Source: an uncultured Chloroflexia bacterium
GTDB lineage: Bacteria > Chloroflexota > Anaerolineae > JAAYZQ01
Reading direction: 5' to 3'
Assembly: GCA_963700285.1 (NCBI GenBank)
Contig: CAVOXA010000001.1
Span: 1,632,001 to 1,696,000, forward strand
DNA length: 64,000 nt
A program made the position numbers and the translations under genes. Shown here piece by piece: positions 30,419 to 39,469 of this stretch. The notes below the pieces were generated by a model. It had not been told where the DNA came from and did not search any database. It was given only the letters and a program-made list of their open reading frames with translations. Each line of letters begins with the position of its first letter. Position 1 is the first letter of the stretch.

Positions 30419-31816
30419 TGTTCGATGACCTCCTGCAGCGCATCCACCAGTTGGTGGATGTCTGCCTGGGTGTGAACTTCGGTGACGCAGTACAGGGCGC
30501 TTTGGCCCAGCTCCGGGAAGCTCCTGGCTCAGGTCCTTACCGCCCAGAATCCCTTTGGCCAGCAGTGCTTTGTTGATCTCCGCGACTGTCTTACCAGTTC
30601 TGTCAAGGTTGACGACGAATTCCTGAAAGTGGGGCGCTTGGAGCAAGGGGGCCTTGACTCCGTTGAGCTTGTTCATCTGCAGCATGGCGTAGCGCGTCCT
30701 GGCCATGATGCCCTCGCCGATCTCTACCATGCCCTGGGGTCCCATGAGCGCAAGATAGACGCCAGCCGTGATGCCCCACAGCGCAGCGGCCGTGCCGACC
30801 CATTCCTTGCCCTTTTCCCTGACTGCGAAGGAGGTTCTGTCGTAGGCAACGTCGCCAAAGCCATATTCGCCTGGAACCTTCGTGGGCGCGATGCCAAAAA
30901 GCCGCGACGGGTACTCCATCACATAGGCCTCCTCGTCCCGCGTGGCGATAAAGCCGGCCTGGCCGCCGCCGAACTGCATGTGCATGCCCAGCGGTTGGAT
31001 GTCGCCACAGACGATGTCGGCGCCATAGTCCGCCGGCGGTGTGAGGATGCCCAGCGACATCGGATTGGCGCCGACAACACACACTGCGCCGTACTCGTGG
31101 GCGATGCGCGAGATCCCCTCACCTTGTGTTTCGAGGGCACCCAGGTAGGAAGGGTTCTCAAAGTAGACGGCGGCTGTCTGGTCGGAGATTGCAGCTTGCA
31201 GGGCATCCAGATCCAACTGCCCCGTCTGCGGATCGTATTCGGCGAGACGGAGCTGCATGGTCGGCTGGCAATAGTCCTCGATCTTGGCTAGCTTGGCCCG
31301 GCTGATGGTCCCGCAGATCAGCGCCTCGGGCCGGCCTGTGAGGCGCGAAGCCATGCGCAATGAGGTGGCCGTGGCCTGGAATCCGTCGTAGGTGGGCACG
31401 TTGACGACGTCCATGTTCAAAAGCTCGCCCATCATGCTCGAGTATTCGAATAGCGCCTGGAAACGACCGTGATCGTCGTAGGGCTCGCCGGCATAGGCAG
31501 TCAGGAACTCGCCCCGGCTGTTCACCTCGTCGCAGACGGCGGGCACGTGATGCTGGTAGCATCCGGCTCCCAGGAAGCAGAGAAGCTCCCCGCAGGTCTG
31601 ATTCCTGGCCAGCAAGCCCTCCACGTGCCGTTTCAAGGCGTACTCTGACAGGAAGGGTGGAGGCAGGTTCATGGGCTCTGTGAGCCTTAGCTCCTCTGGA
31701 ACGTCCTCGTAGAACTCTTCCATGCTCTTTGCCTTGACGGCCTTGAGCATCTGTTCCTTGACTTCTGGCGCAGAATTGGGGATGTAGGGATGTGCCCTTG
31801 TTTCGGATCTATCCAT
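30415..31816 (-). CDS. gcvPA: Glycine dehydrogenase subunit 1-like, frameshifted near its 3' end
   Basis: HPYIPN, FLGAGCYQH, EFLTAY, QALFEY, GADIVCGDIQPLG and REKG; CVTEVH in the shifted frame; ATGA overlap with gcvPB. Confidence 0.88.
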
Positions 31817-32123
31817 CGCTGATTCCTCCACGCATGTCTCTATCGAGTCCTAGCCCATGGCGCTTTGCCCAAAATGGGAAGGGGCCACACATGGTGGCCA
31901 GCACCGGTGAGCCCCCTTTTCGGCCAGGATCCTGTTGATGTGCTCCCGATGCACGCTTGGTGCGGCCTGACCGCGGCAAATGAAAGGCGCTGGCCAGGCT
32001 GCTATGCCAGGCTCATTGTAGCACAGGTCCTGTGAAAAGGGAAAACGGCATCCTTGCCCTTAAGATACGGTGCCCAGCAGCCCTTTGCTGGACTTCCAGC
32101 CGTTCTTTCTTTTTGTGCTGGGT

Positions 32124-32152
32124 TTGCACTTTCCGGTCTCCTGCGGTACAAT
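32124..32152 (+). promoter_or_regulatory. Sigma70 promoter of the GH3-like gene
   Basis: TTGCAC-17 nt-TACAAT, followed by RBS GGAGGT and a TTG start. Confidence 0.65.
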
Positions 32153-32174
32153 CTTGCCAGGTCTGGAGGTCGGG

Positions 32175-35168
32175 TTGAAGAGGTTCAGCGGATTGCATCC
32201 AACCAAACAAGGTTTTGCCCGAAACGAGAAGCATCTCGGCGGGTGTGGGATGGCGGGCTCGCTTCTCTTGGTACTGCTGGCCTCATTCCTCTTACCCCTG
32301 CCGCTGGCGGCCCAGACGCCAGAGCCGACGATCCCCCCGCTGACGGACGAGGATCTGTGGCTGGACGACGTCATGTCGCGGATGACTGCTGCCGACAAGG
32401 TCGGACAGCTCTTCCTGGTCACCTTCCCGGGCAACGATGCGAGCGCTCTCTCGGATATCGCGCGTCTCGTACAGGTGTACCGGGTAGGCAGCGTAATCAT
32501 CTATCCCGAAAATGAGAATTTTGGAAGCGACCTCACTGCCCCGCAACAGGTACTTTCACTGACGAACGCGCTGCAGGAGTTGGCCTTCACCGAATCATCG
32601 CCCGTGACCCTAACGAAGACGGTACCTGTCACGGGTACACTACCCTTGGCGGCGACAGAGTTGCAGACCGACACTCAGCCGGTGACGATTACGAGCGTGA
32701 TCACCGTCTCTGAGGTGGTGACGCTGCCCGCGCAGGGAATCCCCCTGCTGATCGCCGCCCACCAGGAGGGTGACGGCTACCCCTTTACATCTCTGCGCGG
32801 AGGCTTTACCGACCTGCCAAGCAACATGGCCGTAGGCGCAGCCTGGTCCGAGGCCAATGCCGCTTTGATGGGCAGGATCGCCGGGCAAGAGTTGGAGGCG
32901 GTAGGCGTGAACTTGCTCCTGGGGCCGTCCCTCGACGTACTCCATGATCCTCGCCCTGGGGTGAGCGGGGATCTTGGCGTGAGGGTCTTTGGTGGAGACC
33001 CCTATTGGGTAGGGAAGATGGGCCAGGCCTATATTGGCGGGGTCCGCCTGGGCAGTCAGGGAAGGGTGGCGACGGTGGCCAAACACCTGCCAGGACTGGG
33101 GGCGAGCGACCGCGCGCCAGAGGAAGAGATAGCCACTGTGGACGCGTCGCTGCAGGAACTGCGGCTGATCGAGCTGCCGCCCTTCTTTGCCGTGACAGAC
33201 GGCGACCCCATTACGGATACCACCGATGCCCTGATGACAGCCCATATCCGCTACCGTGGCTTCCAGGGGAACATCCGCTACGTAACTCCGCCCATCAGCC
33301 TTCACTCTCAGGGTCTGCAGGTCATCATGAATCAGCCTGAACTGATACCTTGGCGGGAGGCAGGCGGTGTCTTGGTCAGCGATTCATTGGGCGTGCCAGC
33401 GGTCCAGCGCTACTATTCCCCCGAACTGGACTCTTTTCCCCACCGCCAGATCGGGTTGGATGCTTTTCTAGCTGGCAACGATCTTTTGACGCTGTCGCAT
33501 TTTGCTCTGGATGGCACCTGGGAAGAGCAGATGCGCAACGTCGAGGATACGATCCTCTTTTTTCAGTCGCGGTACGAGGCCGACGACACGTTCCATGCAC
33601 GGGTGGATCAGTCCGTGCGGCGGATCCTGTCCTTAAAACGACGCATTTGCTCTGGCTTCTCACTGGAAGCCTGTACCGGCGGCGATGCGTCTCTGTCGAA
33701 CATAGGGGGTGCGCAAGGTCTTGTAGCCCAGCTTGCGCAGGAATCGGTGACGCTTCTCAGCCCGTCCACTGATGAACTCGCCGTTCGTCTGCCCCGCCCT
33801 CCGCGTTTGGACGAAGATATTCTGATCTTTACTGATGCGCGGGAGGTACGCGACTGCGAGGCATGCCCGCCTTTCTACCTCTTGGACCCAGCAATTCTCC
33901 GGGAAACCATTCTGCGCATGTACGGTCCGGATGCGACCGGACAAGTGGATCCCGATCGCGTTACTGCCCTCACCTTTGCCCAATTGCAGAGTTTTCTTGA
34001 GCTCGGCAGCCCGGATCTGGACGACCTCATCCGCAATGCAGAGTGGATAGTATTCGCCATGCTGGACTATGCGCCGGAGGCACATCCGACTTCCCAGGCC
34101 TTGAGGCAGTTTCTCCGTGATTGGACCGCCAGCCTGGAGACGCAGAACGTCATTGCTCTGGCCTACGAAGCACCCTACTATCTGGATACCACGGAAGTCA
34201 GCAAGCTGACGGCCTATTATGGCCTCTACAGCAAAGCGCAGCCTTTCATTGACGCCTCTGTTCGAGCCCTGTTTCTTGAGTTTGCTCTGACCGGGCGATC
34301 GCCGGTGACGGTGGAGGGGGTGGGTTACGATCTGGCCAGGGAGTTGGCGCCTGATCCCGAGCAGGTCATCTCTGTGCTGTGGGCCGACCAGCCTGAACCG
34401 GTCGAAGGCACGCCTCCGCCCGTCCAGTTGGATGTTGGTGACCCATTGCGTGTTCGTACCAGCGTCATTGTCGACCACAACGGGAATGCAGTGCCCGATG
34501 GGACGCCTGTTGTGTTCAACTATGTCTATCTGGATGAGGGATTGGGCGGGCAGGTTGAGGCGACGACGATAAATGGCATCGCCGAAACCACGCTTACGCT
34601 GGAGCATGCGGGTGTACTGGAGATCAGGGCCTCCAGCGAACCTGCCCAGAATACGCTACCGTTGCAGGTGCTCAAGTTGGGGGAGACAACCGAGATTCTG
34701 ACGCCAACGCCCACCCCCACGCCTACTTTTACACCTACTCCTACGCCGACGGCGACGCCAACATCGACACCAACTCCCACTCCAACTTTCACGCCGACCC
34801 CGACAGCAACCCCGACCGCGACACCTGCCCCCATCCTACCGCCGCCGCCTCCTCCCGAACCTCGCGTAGAATGGACGGATCTCGGGTTGGCAGGCCTGGG
34901 CATGGTTGGGGCTGCGGTACTAGTCCTAGTTGCGGCGGTCGCAACTGGTCTTCAGGTCGATGCGGGAAAGCCCGCGATACGGATGGCCCTGTGGAGCCTC
35001 GTGTGCGGCCTTGCGGGCTATCTCTTTTACAGCCTGGGACTGCCTGGCAGTAGCCTCTTGGAGGGAATGACGCCCGGCCTGCGCGGCCTCCTCATCGGTT
35101 TTGGTTGTGGCCTGGTGCCCCTCGTGGCTGTCGCCTGGCTGACTGTGCGGGAGGTAACCAGTAGCTAA
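32175..35168 (+). CDS. GH3 (NagZ-like) domain membrane-anchored protein with Ig-like domain, Pro-Thr linker and three C-terminal TM helices
   Basis: Signal peptide; MTAADKVGQLF, HQEGDG, LLGPSLDV, VAKHLPGLG, LMTAHI, VSDSL, AGNDLL and SVRRIL; VDHNGNAVPDGTPV. Confidence 0.85.
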   Translation: MKRFSGLHPTKQGFARNEKHLGGCGMAGSLLLVLLASFLLPLPLAAQTPEPTIPPLTDEDLWLDDVMSRMTAADKVGQLFLVTFPGNDASALSDIARLVQVYRVGSVIIYPENENFGSDLTAPQQVLSLTNALQELAFTESSPVTLTKTVPVTGTLPLAATELQTDTQPVTITSVITVSEVVTLPAQGIPLLIAAHQEGDGYPFTSLRGGFTDLPSNMAVGAAWSEANAALMGRIAGQELEAVGVNLLLGPSLDVLHDPRPGVSGDLGVRVFGGDPYWVGKMGQAYIGGVRLGSQGRVATVAKHLPGLGASDRAPEEEIATVDASLQELRLIELPPFFAVTDGDPITDTTDALMTAHIRYRGFQGNIRYVTPPISLHSQGLQVIMNQPELIPWREAGGVLVSDSLGVPAVQRYYSPELDSFPHRQIGLDAFLAGNDLLTLSHFALDGTWEEQMRNVEDTILFFQSRYEADDTFHARVDQSVRRILSLKRRICSGFSLEACTGGDASLSNIGGAQGLVAQLAQESVTLLSPSTDELAVRLPRPPRLDEDILIFTDAREVRDCEACPPFYLLDPAILRETILRMYGPDATGQVDPDRVTALTFAQLQSFLELGSPDLDDLIRNAEWIVFAMLDYAPEAHPTSQALRQFLRDWTASLETQNVIALAYEAPYYLDTTEVSKLTAYYGLYSKAQPFIDASVRALFLEFALTGRSPVTVEGVGYDLARELAPDPEQVISVLWADQPEPVEGTPPPVQLDVGDPLRVRTSVIVDHNGNAVPDGTPVVFNYVYLDEGLGGQVEATTINGIAETTLTLEHAGVLEIRASSEPAQNTLPLQVLKLGETTEILTPTPTPTPTFTPTPTPTATPTSTPTPTPTFTPTPTATPTATPAPILPPPPPPEPRVEWTDLGLAGLGMVGAAVLVLVAAVATGLQVDAGKPAIRMALWSLVCGLAGYLFYSLGLPGSSLLEGMTPGLRGLLIGFGCGLVPLVAVAWLTVREVTSS
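34701..34858 (+). repeat. (Pro-Thr)n / poly-Pro linker
   Basis: TPTPTPTPTFTPTP...PPPPPP in the translation. Confidence 0.9.
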
Positions 35169-35192
35169 GGGTCACCCGCCAGGAGAAAGCTT

Positions 35193-36341
35193 CTACTCGA
35201 ACGAGCGAGTTGGCGTCGGGCTAGGGCGCGGTGTTGGCGTCGGACTGGGCGTTGGACTCAATGTAACGGTCGGCGTAGGGGTCGGTGTCCAGGTTGCAGT
35301 TGGCACAGGTTCAGTTGGTGTTGGTGTCGCCGTGGGTGGCGGGGGGATCATGCCTGGCCGCGCCGTGGCAAGGATCGCTGCCAGAAGCAGGGCGCCGATG
35401 AGTACCAGCAAGCCTCGATGCACCCGGATGTACTGAGCCAGGGGCTGATCCCGGCCAAAAAGCCGGGTAACTGTACGGCTGATGGGGCTGGCTGCAAACA
35501 GCTCTGTTTGAAGTTCGGCAATGTCGGCTGGGCGCTCATCGGGGTGCATGGCCAAGCCCCACATAATCGCCCTTTCGGTCTGGGGGGAAATGCTGGGATT
35601 GAGGCTTCGGGGTGTGGGAAGAGACCTTGGTTTAAGAAAACGTGCCTTGGCGTCCAGTGGCGGCTGTCCGGTCAGCAGGTGGTAGAGGGTTGCGGCCAGA
35701 GAATAGATATCGGATCGGGCGTCTGTGTGCCCTGTATCGCCACCATATTGCTCCAGCGGTGTGTACTGGACAGTCCCACGACCCTGGACAACCGTGATGG
35801 TCCGCTGGTCGTCAGGGATCAGGACCTTAACGAGACCAAAATCTACAAGCTTGACATTGCCTGACGGTGTGATTTTGATGTTGCTGGGCTTGATGTCACG
35901 GTGCAGTACCGGAGGAGTCTGTGTGTGCATGTAGCCCAGCGCATCGCACATCTGTGAGGCCCAGGCCAGCACCTGTCTTTCAGACAAGGGGTGCCCCTGA
36001 TGCAAGGCGCCAACCAGCATCTCATTGAGATCCTGGCCGGGGACAAAGTCCATGACCAGGTAATCGCGGTCATTGTCAGTGAAATAGTCTGATACTTTGG
36101 GTAGGTTGGGGTGATCCAGGCGGGCCAGCGTGCTCGCCTCTTGGTAGAACTGCTCGCGGCTCTGCTCCAGTTCGCTGTCCGAGATTTCGGGATCGGGCAA
36201 GGCTTCCTTGACAGCACACAGGCGCCCTTCAAGACGGAGGTCTTGGGCGCGGTAGGTCGCGCCCATACCGCCCCTTCCAACCAGTTCAATGATTCTATAG
36301 CGATCCCGCAGGATCGTTTCCGGCGATAGTGTTTGCGCCAA
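35193..36341 (-). CDS. Hanks-type Ser/Thr protein kinase with one TM helix and a Pro-Thr tail
   Basis: [31 protein letters not shown] and DIYSL. TTG start after GGAG; the ORF track starts at 36386. Confidence 0.93.
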   Translation of the reverse strand: MAQTLSPETILRDRYRIIELVGRGGMGATYRAQDLRLEGRLCAVKEALPDPEISDSELEQSREQFYQEASTLARLDHPNLPKVSDYFTDNDRDYLVMDFVPGQDLNEMLVGALHQGHPLSERQVLAWASQMCDALGYMHTQTPPVLHRDIKPSNIKITPSGNVKLVDFGLVKVLIPDDQRTITVVQGRGTVQYTPLEQYGGDTGHTDARSDIYSLAATLYHLLTGQPPLDAKARFLKPRSLPTPRSLNPSISPQTERAIMWGLAMHPDERPADIAELQTELFAASPISRTVTRLFGRDQPLAQYIRVHRGLLVLIGALLLAAILATARPGMIPPPPTATPTPTEPVPTATWTPTPTPTVTLSPTPSPTPTPRPSPTPTRSFE

Positions 36342-36434
36342 TGTGGGCTCCGTACGGGCGGACCGTGATCCGCGATCATGGATCAACTTGTTCAGGACGA
36401 GGCGCTTTCCGGCCGCCCCGCCGAAAACGGGCTT

Positions 36435-36463
36435 AGCTTAGCGCAGAATCGGCATCTTGTCAA
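36435..36463 (-). promoter_or_regulatory. Sigma70 promoter of the kinase gene
   Basis: TTGACA-17 nt-TAAGCT. Confidence 0.6.
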
Positions 36464-36649
36464 GACAGGGTGCTTGTGATTAGCCACACACCCAAAATCC
36501 TTCCTTTTTGGAGCTTTGTGTTCTTTTTCATCGCGTTTTTGCATGGACAGGCTGGTGGGGGATCCTTCAGGCCCTGTCACCTTTCACCGGTTCGTGTTCT
36601 CAGAGCTTGCCAAGATGCGAAAAATCGCCACTAGGTAGGAGGTACGGAT

Positions 36650-37294
36650 ATGCCTGCCGAAGTCCCCATGCTGTTGATGATGGAAGGACAGAGTTATGGA
36701 CAGCGTTTCTTTGTGGATCAGCCCGAGTTGCTCATTGGGCGTGATGAAGGGTGTGACTTGGTCATTTCTGACCGGCTAGTGTCGCGCCGTCATGCCCGTA
36801 TCCGCCTCGACGGTGGTCAGTATTTCCTCGAGGACTTGAACTCAAAGAATGGTACCTTTGTGAACGGGCGGGAGATCAGCGAACCACGCTTGCTAGAGGA
36901 TGGGGACGAGATTCAAATCGCTCTGTGCTGCAAGCTGGCTTTTGTGGATGCCGAATCTACTGCGCCGGTCCTATTCGAGGAGCCACAATCAGGCCTGTAC
37001 ATGGACCTGGAGAGCAAGCGGGTGTGGATCGCGGGGCAGGAACTAGATCCGCCCCTTTCCCCGGCGCAGTACCGCCTACTGGAGTTGCTGTATCAGGATC
37101 CCGGGCGGGTTTACAGCCGCGACGATGTAGTCGAGGCTGTGTGGCCCGCGGATGACAGGGCTGGCATCTCGGAACAGGCCATCGATGCCCTGGCCCGTCG
37201 CCTGCGCGAGCGCTTGGTCGAGGCGGATCCTGCTACGCAGTACGTCGTGACAGTGCGGGGGCACGGTTTCCGCGTTGAGAACGTAGTTCTGTGA
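36650..37294 (+). CDS. FHA domain plus OmpR-type winged-helix transcriptional regulator
   Basis: IGR..CD..VSRRHA..DLNSKNGTFVNG (FHA); LSPAQYRLL..SRDD..VW..RLRERL..VTVRGHGF (Trans_reg_C); RBS AGGAGG. Confidence 0.9.
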   Translation: MPAEVPMLLMMEGQSYGQRFFVDQPELLIGRDEGCDLVISDRLVSRRHARIRLDGGQYFLEDLNSKNGTFVNGREISEPRLLEDGDEIQIALCCKLAFVDAESTAPVLFEEPQSGLYMDLESKRVWIAGQELDPPLSPAQYRLLELLYQDPGRVYSRDDVVEAVWPADDRAGISEQAIDALARRLRERLVEADPATQYVVTVRGHGFRVENVVL

Positions 37295-37315
37295 GTACTG
37301 TTGAATGACTGGGGC

Positions 37316-38668
37316 TTAGCCCGGGACCATCGCGGCCGCTTGATCGCGGATTTGAGCCAGTTGATGGCCTAGCTCTTTCCGGTCGCCTTCTTCCAGGTCC
37401 TTACCTAGCAACTCCATGAGCTCCAGCAAGGGTGTACCAATCAGTTCTTGATATTCCTCTAGCAGGGCTCTTGTACCGTCGGGATATTCGGCAGCCAGAA
37501 GCTGGCTGATGAGTTGGATCTCGGGGGGTTGGTTCTCTTGGATCATCTGGATGACAACCTCGTTGATCCGGCCGAGTTTCTCCGCTTGTTCGGCCTGTCC
37601 TGACCGCTCGGCAGCCTGGAGCCTTGCAGCCAGAACCCCCACAAAGAGTTCATCGATTTGAGATGGATTTGAGCGAAGGGCCGCCTCCGGATCGTCACGA
37701 TTCAGCAGGTCTTGGATCTGCTGATCCGCTTGCTGGCTTGCCTGCTCAAATGCGGCGTCAACCTTGGCAGTCACGTCCAGAATCGTTTCGCGCAGGGCCT
37801 TGAGTTTCCCTGCCTGGTCCGCGTTCCCAACTGCTTCCGCTGCCTCAATGCGACCCGTCAACTGCTGGTAGAAGACATAGTCGATGCCCTGCCGGGCAAC
37901 GGTGACCATGGTTTCCACCTTGGCTTGCTGACCGGCAAGTGCCGCCTCGACTATTTTTTCCAACAGTTCCTCACGCGTGATGCCTTCACCCAGACTTCTA
38001 ATGGCCTCGTCCCGGTCCGCAATCTCCTGGCCTACTGTGGACCAATCCAGAAGCTGCTGCCGCAATCCCAACAACTCCTGTACGACTTCAGCCAGACCTT
38101 CTCTCTCAGCCATCTCGATGTGCAGAGAGAGCAGTTGGAAGAACTCGTAATCTATCTGGGCATTGTTCTCTCGGGCAATCGCCTGGCGAGCGTCCGGGCT
38201 GGTGGCGTGCATTAGCCGCTCGAGGAGGCCGGCTTTGGCCCGCTGGGCGGCGACCATTTCGGGTGTAATTCCGTCAGCTTCCAGGATGGCGTCCAGCATG
38301 GCCTGCAATTGGAGGAAGCTACGCGGTAGCAGCAGGTAGCCCTTTCGTTGTTCGGAAGGGAGAGCCATGATGATGCGATTGGTCAGGTCGCCGAGGATGC
38401 GCTGCTGTTCCGTGTCCGAACCACCCAGCCCGACTGGTGCAAACGTGAATAGCAGTTCTTTTTCCGGATCGTGGTAGACCAAGGGGGCGCTGAGAATGCC
38501 GGCATGGCCACATTGGGGGCAAACGGCAACATTGATCTGGCCGGACAAGAACAGGGCCTTCAGATCAGGATTCTGACCGACGTCAATGGCCATCAGTATC
38601 GGAGTCGAAAAGGGGGTGCCGCACTCTGGACAGGAAATGGAAGCCGTTTGGTACGCGGGTGAGCTCAA
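37316..38668 (-). CDS. CpXC domain-containing protein
   Basis: CPECG...CPQCG...LVYHDPEKELL and a helical C-terminal region; TTG start after AAGGA. Confidence 0.8.
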   Translation of the reverse strand: MSSPAYQTASISCPECGTPFSTPILMAIDVGQNPDLKALFLSGQINVAVCPQCGHAGILSAPLVYHDPEKELLFTFAPVGLGGSDTEQQRILGDLTNRIIMALPSEQRKGYLLLPRSFLQLQAMLDAILEADGITPEMVAAQRAKAGLLERLMHATSPDARQAIARENNAQIDYEFFQLLSLHIEMAEREGLAEVVQELLGLRQQLLDWSTVGQEIADRDEAIRSLGEGITREELLEKIVEAALAGQQAKVETMVTVARQGIDYVFYQQLTGRIEAAEAVGNADQAGKLKALRETILDVTAKVDAAFEQASQQADQQIQDLLNRDDPEAALRSNPSQIDELFVGVLAARLQAAERSGQAEQAEKLGRINEVVIQMIQENQPPEIQLISQLLAAEYPDGTRALLEEYQELIGTPLLELMELLGKDLEEGDRKELGHQLAQIRDQAAAMVPG

Positions 38669-38864
38669 AGGAATGGTCCTTTCCGGTGGTTGGACAGACA
38701 GATCTGCGCCTTGGGATGCCGAGTGGGGCAAGTTTAGGCCAGAAGAGCCGATCTGTCAAATGGTTGCTGTTTTGTGTCGCCGGTGGTAGCCAATGTCACC
38801 CTGTGCCTGCTGAGTGAGTGCTTTGGCCGTAACCTGGCACTGCAGAATCGTTCGCGGGCAGGTG

Positions 38865-39377
38865 CTATTGCACCGCTTTGTCGAGCCACATGCTGAGGGA
38901 AAACCGGCCCTCAGTGGCAGCGTCCAGGAGGGCAGCGTGGGAGCGAGCGTTGTCCATCATACCGCCACGGCGATCGCTGGGAATGGCCAACGCCAGGCCG
39001 ATCTGGCCGATCAAAGCTCCCAAGCTCTCAACAAACTGAGCCCATGCTTCCATGATGGCCGTGGCGGGTACAGCCCCTGCTTCACGCATCTGGCTGATCA
39101 GACCCACCAGAGCTGGCCCCAGTGCTGAGAGGCTCGCTGCATCCTGTTGGTTGGCGAGAATGTGGGCAGCGTGGAGGATACAGGTTACTGCCTGGCCGGT
39201 AGAAGCCGGTCCGAGTTGGAGGGCCAAACCCATGGCCCGGACATAGCCATCAAGGGCCGCATCGACTTTGCCTTCGAGTAGCGCCTCCTCGGCCAGGCTC
39301 AATTCGGTCGCGAGCAGTGATGCTGCCCCGACTGGCGTCAGCTCTAGCTCTTGCGGTTCGGTCATCTTTGCCGGCAC
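38865..39377 (-). CDS. Hypothetical alpha-helical protein
   Basis: 170-aa ORF filling the gap, co-oriented with its neighbours and with plausible composition; no recognised motif. Confidence 0.6.
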   Translation of the reverse strand: MPAKMTEPQELELTPVGAASLLATELSLAEEALLEGKVDAALDGYVRAMGLALQLGPASTGQAVTCILHAAHILANQQDAASLSALGPALVGLISQMREAGAVPATAIMEAWAQFVESLGALIGQIGLALAIPSDRRGGMMDNARSHAALLDAATEGRFSLSMWLDKAVQ

Positions 39378-39469
39378 AGTTTGGCGCGAGCCAGAGACAA
39401 AGGAGGGTGGAGCCGGGGCCAGCCAATGTACCTGGTCCTATCGCGCTAGATTGTGCCTCCTTCGACCCC

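Noticed and set aside
25250-30560. Programmed ribosomal frameshifting
   Set aside because: The indels are too many and irregular, with no consistent slippery motif.
31817-32020. Glycine riboswitch upstream of gcvPA (and of glyA-gcvT)
   Set aside because: No GGAGA..CCGAAG..CUCUCAGG aptamer is visible in either leader.
34701-35350. Pro-Thr repeats as a novel repeat element
   Set aside because: These are common low-complexity linkers in exported Chloroflexota proteins.
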